Positions 12,364 through 24,850 of a DNA stretch of 64,000 bases are shown piece after piece. This stretch comes from Octopus sinensis. Lineage: Eukaryota. The stretch is from positions 92,752,001 to 92,816,000 of the forward strand of contig NC_043003.1 of NCBI RefSeq assembly GCF_006345805.1, written 5' to 3'. The notes below the pieces were generated by a model, which had not been told where the DNA came from, ran no database searches, and saw only the letters and a list, made by a program, of their open reading frames with translations. The position numbers were made by a program, and so were the translations under genes. The stretch's first letter is position 1. Each line of letters begins with the position of its first letter.

Positions 12364-14574
12364 CTGTAATTAAAACCGAAATAAATGAACATATTAATCA
12401 TTTTATTCAATATTTAATATGACAATCGATAAGGACATACTTTCAGCTGTAGTTCTAAAAGTAAGTTACATATTGATAGAAACAAATCATTGTTTATGCT
12501 GTATACATCAAAATCTGAATTTTCATATTTATTAATACATTCGGGCAAATTTGAATGTATTAAGAATAAATACGCAAATCCTCATCTATGTTACTCTTTT
12601 ACTTGTTTCAGTCATTTGACTGCGGCCATGCTGGAGCACCGCCTTTAGTCGAGCAAATCGACCCCGGGACTTATTCTTTGTAAGCCCAGTACTTATTCTA
12701 TCAGTCTCTTTTGCCGAACTGCTAAGTGACGGGGACATAAACACACTAGCATAGGTTGTCAAGCAATGCTAGGGGGACAAACACACACACATATATATAC
12801 ATATATACGACAGGCTTCTTTCAGTTTCCGTCTACCAAATCCACTCACAAGGCATTGGTCGGCCCGGGGCTATAGCAGAAGACACTTGCCCAAGATGCCA
12901 CGCAGTGGGACTGAACCCGGAACCATGTGGTTGGTTAGCAAGCTACTTACCACACAGCCGCCACTCCTTACCACACAGCCACTCCTGTTATGCTTGATCA
13001 AACGTTCTTTAAAAGAAGACAACAATGGTGATAACAGCACCAACACTATTATTCCATCACCACAATAGCAGCTATTTTGCCATATTAGAATGTGGTGTAT
13101 TGCAATATACCACATTCCAAATTGTTTCAGACAGGCATTATCTGAGACCCAATAATGTCATATTTGACCCTACCACTTTTTCCTAAATATGATGTGTGTG
13201 TGTGTGTATGAATGTATGAAAAGAAATAGCTCTCAAGATTCAAGTCATTGTCATCATCATTATTATTTTAATGTCCACATTTCCATGCTCACATGGATCA
13301 GATGGAATTCAATGAGGTGAGGTAGACACACTTCCTCATGCCAACTCTCACGTTTCTAAGCAAGGTAGTATATCTCCATGAACAGACATGTTCTCATGGC
13401 ATATTTGAAATGAATGACACTGCTTGCATAACAGTGACATCATCATCATCATCTTTTAACTTTGTTGCTGTTGTTGTTGATCTGGAAGATAGACAAAAGC
13501 ATTTCAGGTATCAGGGCATGTAATAAGCCTTGAAAAAATTACAAAAATTAATTCCAGGTGAGAATGCAGTCGATAAAGCCGTGAGAACGTGCATTTGTAT
13601 GCGCAAGTACATCAGCTGTTGTGATCGATACTACGTGTACGCGAGAAAAATGCACGTGCACTTTGTACAAAAAAAGCCAGCTGGCTTGAAATAATGCCAC
13701 AAAATGGGACGGTCGGACAGGTTGTTTTGAGAAAATTTGGTTTAAATGTTTGACAACTCAGCACTGTCCATTGGACAAGGGGGGGTGCTCGTAATATATA
13801 TTAGTGACAGAAACTGCATTAATATCAATAAATAATATCTATCCCCACTTAAACGTAGATGTCCTGTTAGAACAAACTATATTGTGGTAGATACCAAACT
13901 TACATATTGGCTTTTGGTGTAAAATGCACTCTTGTTTATATTGATCTCATCAATGATGGACCCTTTACTGCCAGAGATAACAGTGACACATTTCCCGGCC
14001 AGCAATACATACTAGTAAATACTTTTGCTGCCATTTCGACTTTCTATCTCATGGAGATTATAATTCATTTAATGGTGACACATAAAAGCACCAACCGGTC
14101 GTGGCCGTTTGCCAACCTGCTCTAGCCCCTGTGCCGGTAGCACGTAAAAAGCACCCACTACACTCACGGAGTGGTTGGCGTTAGGAAGGGCATCCAGCTG
14201 TAGAAACACTGCCAAATCAGATTGGAGCCTGGTGCAGCCTCCATGGCTTACCAGACCCCGGTCGAACCGTCCAACCCATGCTAGCATGGAAAACGGATGT
14301 CAAATGATGATGATGATAATGACTGCTAATATAATTATATTGCCATTTATATTATATAATTAGTTAAACACTGTAGATATTACAAATAGAAAGAAAAACA
14401 AACAACCCCGAAATTGAATATTACAAGTATTGGGTTGAATTGCACAAAAACATTTTCTTAATTTCACAAATGAAATTATCTCTAAATTTCCTTTTTGTAG
14501 TGGTGGGGATTTTCATATATTCTTTAGATCACTTTCTTTTTATTATGAAATAAAATTTAGTCATGTTATATACC

Positions 14575-14792
14575 TATTTCTTTATTACCCACAAGGGGCT
14601 AAACATAGAGGGGACAAACATAGGTATTAAGTCGATTACATCGGCCCCAATGCATAACTGGTACTTAATTTATCGACCCAGAAAGGATGAAAGGCAAAGT
14701 CGACCTCGGCGGAATTTGAACTCACGTTACGGCAGCCGAAATACCGCTAAGCATTTCGCCCAACGTGCTAACGATTCTGCCAGCTCGCCGCC
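14575..14792 (-). mobile_element. tRNA-derived SINE family S2, young copy with 17-bp TSD (others at about 785-985 +, 8130-8330 -, 8455-8610 -, 19975-20100 -, 45420-45605 - and 62690-62820 +)
   Basis: GGCGGCGAGCTGGCAGAATCGTTAGC head, GAGTTCAAATTCC B box, GGTCGACTTTGCCTTTCATCC domain; TSD tagtcatgttatatacc/tagtcatgtgatatacc. Confidence 0.9.
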
Positions 14793-14982
14793 TAGTCATG
14801 TGATATACCAATAACCTAACAATACAGTGACCTTCAGACGAAACAAAATGTTAGGTGCTCATAGGAAAGAGATATAGGTAACTAAATCAATTGGTGCTTA
14901 TTTTCTTGACTACAGGAGAATGAACAGAAAAATGGATCATGGCAAGATTTAAAGAAATGTCCTTATAAAGAAATGTCCTTTT

Positions 14983-15978
14983 TTAATCTAAAATATACAC
15001 TCCTTCATTTTCTATAATGCTTTTCCATCTATCTAGTAGACTAGCAAGGCCCCTCCTCCAAAATTCACTTGTCAGTGATTAAAAATACTCCTCCAGTGCT
15101 GTTCTGACTTAGTCTACAGAATTCATATTTTTTCTGTCCAAATGATTTTGAAGACTGAGGAATAAATGATAATCAGATGGGGCAATGTCTGGCGAGTATG
15201 GTGGGTGGAGCATAATTTCCATTCAAACTGCTCCAGCCTTTGGAATGTCATCCTCACTGTATGTGGCTGAGCATTATCCAAAAATGGTTGTTTTTCTTCT
15301 AGCACAGACTTAAGCCGCTCAAGCTGCTGCAGTAGATCTCCTTTGTTATCATTTGGTTTGGGTTTAAAAGTTGAAAGTGAACTGAACCTTTCATATCGCA
15401 CCAAACATAACACTTTAAGTGAGAGAAAACCTTCTTAAGTCTAAGGTGCCGGTGTTTCTCCTTTCCCTACCCACTGTCTTCAGTGCTTGACATTTTTACA
15501 GAGAACCCATTTCTTTTCACCAGTTACTATTCATTCCAAAAAAAGGCTAATTTCTGAGACATGACAGCAAAGAAGAACACACATTTACTCTCTGTGTGTG
15601 TGATTAGACTCGGAAAGTTTGTAACAAACCCACTGACCCAATTTGCTAACTTTTTCGATGGCACACAGGTGTCACTGAATGGTTGAATGACCAAATCCAA
15701 ACTTCTCTGCTAGTTCCTCAACGGTTACGATGGGACTTTGTTCCACCAGGGTTTGCAGGACGTCCTTGCCAAGCTCTACAGATCTTCCAGGACGAGGCTT
15801 ATCTTATAGGCTGTAGTTTCCGGCTTGAAATTTCTGGAACCACCGTTGACACTGGCTTACGCTTATTGTCCGATCTCCATATACTACATTAATAATCCTT
15901 GCACTTTCCGTTGCGATGTTGCCTTTATTGAACTCATAAAGCAAAATATGCCGAATATGCTCCTTTGTCACTTTCGTT
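14983..15978 (-). mobile_element. Decayed mariner transposase
   Basis: Minus-strand frames give EHIRHILLYEF, QRWFQKF..GNYSL, PRPGR, IVTGEKKW, DNAQPH, HPPYSPDIAPSDYHLF and DRWKSIIENEG, with stops and frameshifts; TIRs not recognised. Confidence 0.93.
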
Positions 15979-16340
15979 ATAGCTCTGAAAAAGTAACTTA
16001 AAATTGAACTGCACTAAGAATAAGTACAAAGTAAAATTACTATCTGCTTTTATAGCAAGTTGATGCAGGTAGTTTATCCCGTCCCCCTCCAAGTATTAGT
16101 TCATGCAATTGAAAAAAACTGCATTATTTATGGGATGGCCCAATATAATTTACAAAACAGGATGTTCCATAAAGTAAAATATAAACATATTTATAGAAAC
16201 CAGTCCATGACACCTTGGGAAGTTGTCTTATACCATACCATAGTCTCAGGTCAATCAAAGCTTTATGAGTGGATTTGGTAGGCAGAAACTGAAAGAAGCC
16301 TTGTGTGTATGTGCACACGCATGCACATGTGCATGGTATG

Positions 16341-16800
16341 TAGACCTTTGGAAGTATGCTGTGTGTGAGAAGACCCGGCAGGACAAGTGAGGCCATAACC
16401 CGTGGCCTCTACCTGGGATGTAGCCAGCCCACTTATGCATACCTTTCCTTCTTTGGACACAAAACTCTGCTTGCGAAGACCTGTTGAGGCAAGTGAAATC
16501 GAAATTGAAATTGCTCAAAATCAATGGAAATTGTAACTGTGATACCAGTGCCGGTGGCACGTAAAAGGACCATCCGAACGTGGCCGTTGCCAGCGCTGCC
16601 CCAACTAGCCTCCGTGCCGGTGGCATGTAAAAAGCACCCACTACACTCATGGAGTGGTTGGCGTTAGGAAGGGCATCCAACTGTAGAATCACTGCCAGAT
16701 CAGACTGGGCCTGATGCTGCCTCCTGGCTTCCCAGACCCCAGTCGAACCGTCCAACCCATGCTAGCATGGAAAGCGGACGTTAAACGATGATGATGATGA
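16341..16800 (+). mobile_element. 5'-truncated RTE-type LINE 3' end (ORF2 end, 3' UTR and (GAT)n tail)
   Basis: DLWKYAVCEKTRQDK* followed by a UTR with GGCACGTAAAAAGCACC repeats, GGTTGGCGTTAGGAAGGGCATCC and a GATGATGAT tail. Confidence 0.75.
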
Positions 16801-18553
16801 TATATATATATATATATATATGTATATATCTGAGCGTGTGTGTGTGCTAGCCTTGTCATGACATCACATTATAATTGTATATGAGCATCACTGTCATACA
16901 AGAGGTATTGTGTTTCCTATCTTCAGTGGAAAAAATATTACCTTGCTTGGAAACATGTGAGTGTTATTGACAGGAAGGGTATCTGGCTGTAAAAAATTTG
17001 CCTCAACAAATTCCATCTAACCCATGGAAGCATGGAAAAGTGGACTAAAATTATGATGATGAAATAATAATTGAATTTCCATGAGGTACTGTGACTTTAG
17101 TTACTACTGCTCCAAATATTCTTGTAAATTATTTTCTGCACAGTTTTGTTTGAAGATGTTTACAAGATTTTAGTAAATAGAAGCCTGGTATAAACTGACT
17201 TCCATCATGGGATGCTGACAATTCAGTTTAATTTACTAAAAGTCACATCACAAGGATGGAACATTGACTACTATTGGAAAAATTCACTGTGGTACTGAAA
17301 GATTCTGAGGCTTCATATATCTTCAAGCACAGGCTGTTTGTCTTTATGCAGTATAAAGTTACATACACTTAAATGAACTAGTGACTTATTTGGGACTCTG
17401 TCAAACTCCATCACCCAAGACATTTTAGAAATCATTTCCAAAAGTGCTTGAAAGAAAGTTCTAAATTTTCTGAAGTAATGGAATTTTATTATAGGTGAAG
17501 GCATGAATGTGTGGAAAGCTCACTTCCCAGCCATGTGGTTTTGGGATTCAGTCCCACTGCATGGCAAGAGTTTCCTACCCTTGTGAATGGATTTGGTAGA
17601 TAGAAACTAAAAGAAGCTCATCAATATGATAATATAAACACATACACAAACACATCTGTGTGCGTGTGTTCTTGTCATGAAATAAAATTATAGTTGTAAA
17701 CAAATATCATACAAACAGTGTCATTAGTTTGCAATCTTTTGCGGACACGTCGTTGTTGTGCTGTTCATGCTCAAAGCTGAGTAAAAATATGATTGGATGA
17801 TTTTGCTTGGAGACAGATAATAGGAAGGGCATCAAGCTGTAGAAAATCTGTAGCAAATTTCGTCTGACTCATGCAAGCATCATGGTAACAATGCCTTAAC
17901 TGCTTTGAAAATTGCTCACTCACAAAACGAATGATCATGAAATCATTTGATGTATATGTATGTAAGAGCTCTTCAGAAATGTAACTTAGACTGTAACTTC
18001 CAAAAAGTCTAAGCTGACATGGAAAAGAATGTAATAATACCACACTATTATAATAATAGAAATGGTTATTGAATTGCTATGAAGGTCTAAAATTACAGCT
18101 ACTAACATTATAAATACTCTTGTAAGCTACAAGAATCTCATATTACATCTCTATAGACGTACAATGGGATTCAGAGATGAAGCATGCTGCAATGATAGAC
18201 AAGAAATGAATAGAGTCAGTGGTTTCCTGAAGAGAAGATGAAATATGTAGTCAGGGAAAATAAGCATCAAAACAATATATTGAAGTATGTGTGAGTGTTT
18301 ATGTATGAGTGTGTGTATAAGAAAATGGTTGTGAGGCTATGTGTTCATGTGTAATAGTGAGTAATGAATGTGTTGGTGTGAATAATGCATAAGATAGTGT
18401 TGGGTGGTATGAGAAAACACTGCAGTGTAGTGGATGGGTGGTGAAGTATGTTCAAGTGTATGGGGGAAAAAGTGTTGGCTGAAGTGCAAGTATGGGCATA
18501 TAGTGATAATGAGGGCAACAAAAGAAATGAGCTGTTCTTTTACATCTACTTAC

Positions 18554-18637
18554 CTTGACGTACACACCAGTATCAGGTCGTTCTTTTAGTTCAAGTCGCT
18601 TGGACTGATCTTTGGACAGTAAATCTCGAATTTCTTC
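18554..18637 (-). CDS. KIF3B: Kinesin-2 coding exon 6 ([28 protein letters not shown])
   Basis: Nearly identical to the vertebrate KIF3B segment as I recall it; ttctag| acceptor and |gtaagt donor; 84 nt. Confidence 0.96.
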
Positions 18638-20749
18638 CTAGAAACATAATATGGAAAAAACAACAAAGACATGATAGTTTATATTTGAATAGCATTTTAA
18701 ATCTTCACTAAACTCAAAATGGGTAAAAAAATTATTAATGAGAAATCTATAAAAATATTTTTAAAAATTTCCCCTTGTTTAAATAACAATGCTTCCTAAT
18801 TTGTACTTCATCATCCTTAGTAACTAGACAGTCCTTTGTAGTAGAACTAAAATAGAAAATAAGAAAAACTTTGTCTTTCGTTAATATTTACTTATACAAA
18901 CCCATAAGAACTGAATAATTTTTCCATGTCAAGAAGACTGAACTCATAAAAAACTAAACATTACGGAGCATAAGTGGCATTATGGTGACTGGTAAAACAG
19001 TATTCGAACTATAAGGAGGGACAGGTTTTTATAGGTGCTTCACGATATATTTGAGCAAAGTGTCTTAATTATAGTTTGACAAAATAACAAAGCATTTTAT
19101 TCATGGTTATCATAATTTCAGATTCACAAAGCATCAAATACTCACTATATATATTTATGAGTCACAAGTATTGCAATTTACTTCTTATTCTATTTGCTTC
19201 AATTAAACTAGCTGGAAATAAATATCACCTTATGTAGAAATAACCTGGTATTTAGTTATGTTTCAGTTAATGTTTTATACCTAAAAGTCTAAGGCTAAGT
19301 TTGCCTTTCAACTATGTAAAATCAATAAAATAGGTTCCAAAGAAGTACTATGGTCAATTTGACTATTCTACTACTTAACATTTATGCAATGTTATCAGTC
19401 CTAATGTTTGATGCACATTCAAACTGGGGAACAAGTTACCCCAGTTCGTACGTGCATCAAGCATATTTGGACTGATAATAACTTTGCCATTTTACTCTTC
19501 ACTGCTTAGTGCTCCCCCTGCGTAATTTATGGTGAGCCGCCGCATAGCGCTGCCAGTCACCGTATGGTGACTGGAAAAGCGTAAGAGAGGTAATCTCTTA
19601 ATTCAGCTTGTGGTGTTGTCTGCTTAGTGTCTGTGACCAATGAGGTGACAACTACTCTGAAATGTTAACATCTCATAGTCTAGGTAGATGGTGCTGTGAG
19701 CTGATCTAGGTGTATACATATATGTCTCATTTGTCAACAAGTGAGATATATTCTCCATGACAAAATGCAGCGAGTAGCTTGTCCCCCAGTTTGAACATGC
19801 ATCAAGCATATTCAGATAGATAACATTCCAATTTTACTTATCACTGCTTAGCGATCCCACTCTGTAATTAACATTTATAGTTGTCTCTGTTAGCAATCAC
19901 CATAAATAAAATACTTGTTGAGTACAAGGGTTGAACTAATCAGCCAACTCTTTCCCCAAAATTTTTGGCATTGTGCATATGGCTTTGTATTTCATCCTTT
20001 TGGGGTCGATGAAGTAAGTACCAGACAAACACTGGGGTTGATATAATTGGCAAGCCCTCACCCACAAAATTTTAGGCCTTGTGTCTATTATAGAAAGGAT
20101 TATTATTATTATTATTATTTTTGTTTTTGATGTTGTGATTAATACTCTTTCATAGTTGACAAAATAAACACTAATCAATTAGTGGAGCTGGTTTAAATCA
20201 ACTGCATGTACCCCCCCACCTGCAACGGTTGTGAACTTGAGTAAAAAATCATTGCTTTGTTATTAGCACTGATACATCATTGGGCATTGTGTTTCAATAG
20301 AGTTGCATTAAATTCCTGTAAAATGATCTCTGATATCTCTCTTTTTAGCATTCCATTAACCCTTATGATACCAACCAGCCTAAGACTTCCTTGAAATCTC
20401 TAATTAATTTTTATGTCCCATATATCAGTTCAATAAGTTATTTTACAAAATGCTTCATTATTTTCAAAATTAATTGAAATAAAAGCAATATAATTCAACA
20501 GAAATATGGCAAAAGGATCAAGAGTAGTTAAGCTTTGTGTGCTAAAAATAAGGATTCTCATTTGAAATAATATGGAAATGAAATTGCTAGTAAGGAACAT
20601 CAACATCTCAAAATTAAGATCCGGGTTTAAAAAAGCAAGTCTAAGGTAACTAGATTTACAAATGAGTATTGATAGAAACTCAAAGAAGGAAGATACAGCT
20701 AAAGCTTTCCATTATTTTAATCAGAAAGATGAAGAAACATGAATCAAAC

Positions 20750-20874
20750 CTGATATATTTCGAGATATGAAGCTCTCACTAAATACTGTTGGTTTTCAGA
20801 ACGTGAAATGTGTTGAAAAATATGCTCAAAAGAATTTGGAATAACACCACGCATATCTGGGTCGTTTTTAACAC
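20750..20874 (-). CDS. KIF3B: Kinesin-2 coding exon 5 ([42 protein letters not shown])
   Basis: RGVIPNSF and [12 protein letters not shown] motifs; tttcag| acceptor and |gtttga donor; 125 nt; not in the ORF track. Confidence 0.96.
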
Positions 20875-22810
20875 CTGAAAAAAGAAAATTCAATTTAATC
20901 AACCTTTTAAAATTCTCATATGTATATACATCTGAAATACTTGTAACACTTAGTTATTTTTTAGTGTTCCAGAAATTTAAAGTAATTAAACACTTATTAT
21001 GAACTCAATATATTAACTTAGGCTGACTCCAGTACATAAACACAAAATCTATAGAAGTGACCCAACAATCCCTTTCCTTGCTAACTTTATTAGCAGATGC
21101 CTAATTCCATATCCTCTTTTCCCAAGTTCATGACCAATGCTCCAGCAAATATAGAGTTTCAAGAAGCTCTTCTACGGGCTACTAACAACCACTTACTGGG
21201 ATCAATGTAGAATTTATTAGCAACAACACGTATCATGGTATTTTTTTTCTTTCTCAATCAAAATTTAAGATATACAAACGTTAAATACCAAGAAAGATCT
21301 ATTTGCTAAAAAATTCCTGCTCTTCTACACACTGAACTTCAATTAAACCTGGATTCTGCCTCTCACCTATTATCATGCACACCACAATCTTAATCTATAA
21401 ATCACAAAATCTCTCATATATCTTTAGTCAATTGTTGATGTCCAGACAACATTCTATATTACAAATATTGCTGTGAAAGGTCGAGACTGAGAATATGCAA
21501 AATTTACACCTATTTCCCCATTTAGATATCAGCAACACCTTTTAGTTATTCTGGCTCTAAATTTCTAGCTTTGCTCAGTTACCACTTGCCCTGCTCTGAG
21601 GACATTACTCCAATGGTTATTCCCCTTGGTACATATTTGGTCTTTTCTACCAGACATTACTAACTATGCACCCATAACTATACAATAATTGCACTATTCA
21701 CCTTCCTGTCTTTTTATGTCTTATTCTGTACATATCTTTTGGCTATCATTATTGCCTTTCTTTACTTATGGCTGCTTTCTGTCCTCTCTTTTAACCTTTC
21801 CAAATGAGCTGCAGAGCACCAAAGCACAACATACAATAATCTTATTATTATTACCATACTTAATGACTTCAATGAAGACAAGTCTTCTTGTCAACACAAA
21901 AGTTGACTCTCTGGTCATTCTGAATTATCTGCACTGTCACGGAACCAATATAGCATGTCTTTTTTACCAGAAAAAGACTCAATCATCACACATATGGAAT
22001 GTGTGTATATCGAAAATACTTCATGGAGTGATGATCGTGCCTTGCATAGTTACGGACTGCCCTTTGACAAAGCATAGCACCTGTTCAGCCACCCTACCAA
22101 AGATAAGGTGAAGTCACAGGACTACAGCATGGTGGACAGTGAAGAGGTAGTGGAAGAGCTCAACTGAGCCAATGGTGCTTTCTACATTGATGCTGAGCAG
22201 AAGAATCCTAGATGATCAACGGTCAGGATCATCAAGTTCTATCAAGAGAGTAATTGCAACGCATGCATAGCGGTGGTGTCCATGTTTGTGTAATCAGCTA
22301 ATGAAAGATTCACTATGACTCAAGCTCCCAATTCAAATTCGTAATAATGGAATTGGATGCCGACAGACAGTCATGGGAATCTGCAAAAGCAGTGCAAAAA
22401 TAATACACATAAAGAAACGGTCTTGTACCTCACATTCCCCTCTTTGTTTAGCCCCTTGTGGGTAGTAAAGAAATAGGTATTTCATCCGCCGCTGCGTTCT
22501 GAGTTCAAATTCCGCAGAGGTCGACTTTGCCTTTCATCCAACACATTGTCTCTCCTCATAAACATTGTACTAAATACTTCAGTCCTCTTTTATTCCAGAA
22601 CTGCACACTCTGGAAGTTCTCTCCTTAACAACTTCAGATGCTGACCTACAAATTTTCAAACTGACTTTCAGCGCCATATTGATCGTACCATATTGGCTTA
22701 GAAAGGCCTGCAAATATCTTCGGGTACTACCTCTCTGATTAACTAATAGCACATACACACACAAAAGTACAAAGAGCCTCATAAATATATAAAATTTTCA
22801 ATGGCCATAC

Positions 22811-22935
22811 CTTGCATAGTAAATGTCTTTCCAGTGCCAGTTTGACCGTAAGCAAATATTGTTCCATTAAAACCTTCAAGTACAGATTGTACAAGAGGAC
22901 GAAATGTTTCCTCATAAAGATCCCGTTGCTTAGAA
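22811..22935 (-). CDS. KIF3B: Kinesin-2 coding exon 4 ([41 protein letters not shown]), P-loop
   Basis: GQTGTGKT P-loop; LYxETFRPLV is typical of KIF3B/C; ttttcag| acceptor and |gtatgg donor; 125 nt. Confidence 0.97.
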
Positions 22936-24629
22936 CTGAAAATAGAACCAATGAAATAAACTAAGTCATGCATATTTCGATAACTTATCATTGCCATTCC
23001 TGTGTATTATGAAAATATAGCATTCTAGATCAGTCATTCTAAAATTACATATTTCAACATATTTGACCTTGGTAGTCTGTTTTCTCAATCAACATCATTT
23101 AATATTCCTCTAGTTTCATCAAATTGTTAAAAGGAAAAATATCAGCTTGCTGTTTAACCCCTGACCAATCCTGATTGAGCAGACCTATGATCAAAAATCT
23201 TTCAGTTGTGATAATCCTGCTTTTTATCAATTAGTGTATACAACTTCTTTATGTGATGTGTCCCTTTCTTTTCAAAGATAATAAAGTGTAATTTGAGGGA
23301 AATTTGTTCACTATTTTAAGCAAATTAATCCTTTTGTTACCACATTTCTCTGAAATGTAATGCATTTGTTTCAATTAATTTTGAAAAATAATGAAGAATT
23401 TAGCAAATAACCTCCACCATTAGGCTGGTGCTTGGAATAAAAAAAAAACTGACATGAAATTTTGATGGAAGGTTTTAATTTGGATTTCCTTAAAGTATGA
23501 AGTTTGTATCTTAAACTAAGAGTGATCCTAGGCAAGTTGATATCAATAGGGTTAAGCAACCACATATAGTTTCCCTCTTCAGCTGACAAATATCAGACTG
23601 TTAAATGGTATTGTCATAGAGCAATGCTGATCAGATAAACTTACATGAACCTACTGTCTTCATCTGTCTTCACTTTTAGAGAAAGTCTATATTATTAACT
23701 CTTCTGTGATTATATTTCTAATGATTACACTGCTTATATGTTTGAATTAATTTTCAACATAATCAAGATATTGGAAGGGTTTTCTGTTTTGAGATATTGT
23801 ACAGGTGTTCACCAACTAAAATCTTATGATATTATGTTTTAATAAAATTTTCATTAAAATATGAACACTTTAGTAAGAGTAGTCTCGGGCATTAAAATGG
23901 TTAAAAGTAATTATTAGTGTGGTTGATAACTGAAGATAAAAGTACCTAAATATCAATGCGAGTATAATATAATTTACACGTTAGTTTAATAACCCTTCAC
24001 AATACTTTTAACACAGAGAAACACAATGCTCAGATTGTAACAAGATTTTTAGCTAAGCTATTTTCCACAACAGCATGATATCACATTTGCCACAGATTTA
24101 TTATCTATAACTGATTATAATATTTGAAAAGAATATAGAGTGAATACAGAGATGGCAGACAAAATGTCCTTCACACTTCCGGTTTACACTTGTAAGACCA
24201 GAGTTAAAATCTTACTGGTATTGACTTTACTATATGAAAGGTTCATAAAATATACCAGCCATATTTTTTTTTTATTAACAATTTAACAAACTAATTTTCT
24301 TACTCGACAAAAATTTACCTTGTGTCTAGTCAAGAGAAATAAATACTTAGAATGATGATAAGACTACCTCCATGTTACCATGATTAAATGTTTGTACAGT
24401 TAAGTTAGAAGTAGAATTAAATTCTGCAATGAGAACTAAGCTATTGGTAATACAAACATTCCCAAAGGGATACAGTTCTGAGCTTCAGTGTAAATGTTTC
24501 AAAGTCTGGAATGAAAAGAGGTGGTCTCCTAAATTCCTTAATAAATTTATTATGAATAAGTCTTATCTCGATGCTCACTAGAAACATTAGACATTTCATA
24601 AAACATTTAAATACATCATTACTACTCAC

Positions 24630-24737
24630 GTCCAGTCATAGACAGAATCAAATGTGAATGTCCGATGCACATCCCCAGGAACAGATTTTGGGTTTCTGAT
24701 TTCAATGACTCCCCTGTTGGGGTACATGTCAACAACT
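24630..24737 (-). CDS. KIF3B: Kinesin-2 coding exon 3 (VVDMYPNRGVIEIRNPKSVPGDVHRTFTFDSVYDW)
   Basis: FTFDxVYDW motif; ttgcag| acceptor and |gtgagt donor; 108 nt, phase 2 to 2. Confidence 0.95.
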
Positions 24738-24850
24738 CTGCAATAAAACAGTAAATAAGAAACCTTAATATCACTGAATAAATAATAATAAAAGGCAAAT
24801 TTAAAAAAAAATCTAAAACAACAAAAAAAACAAAACTGAAGAGGTTTTAA

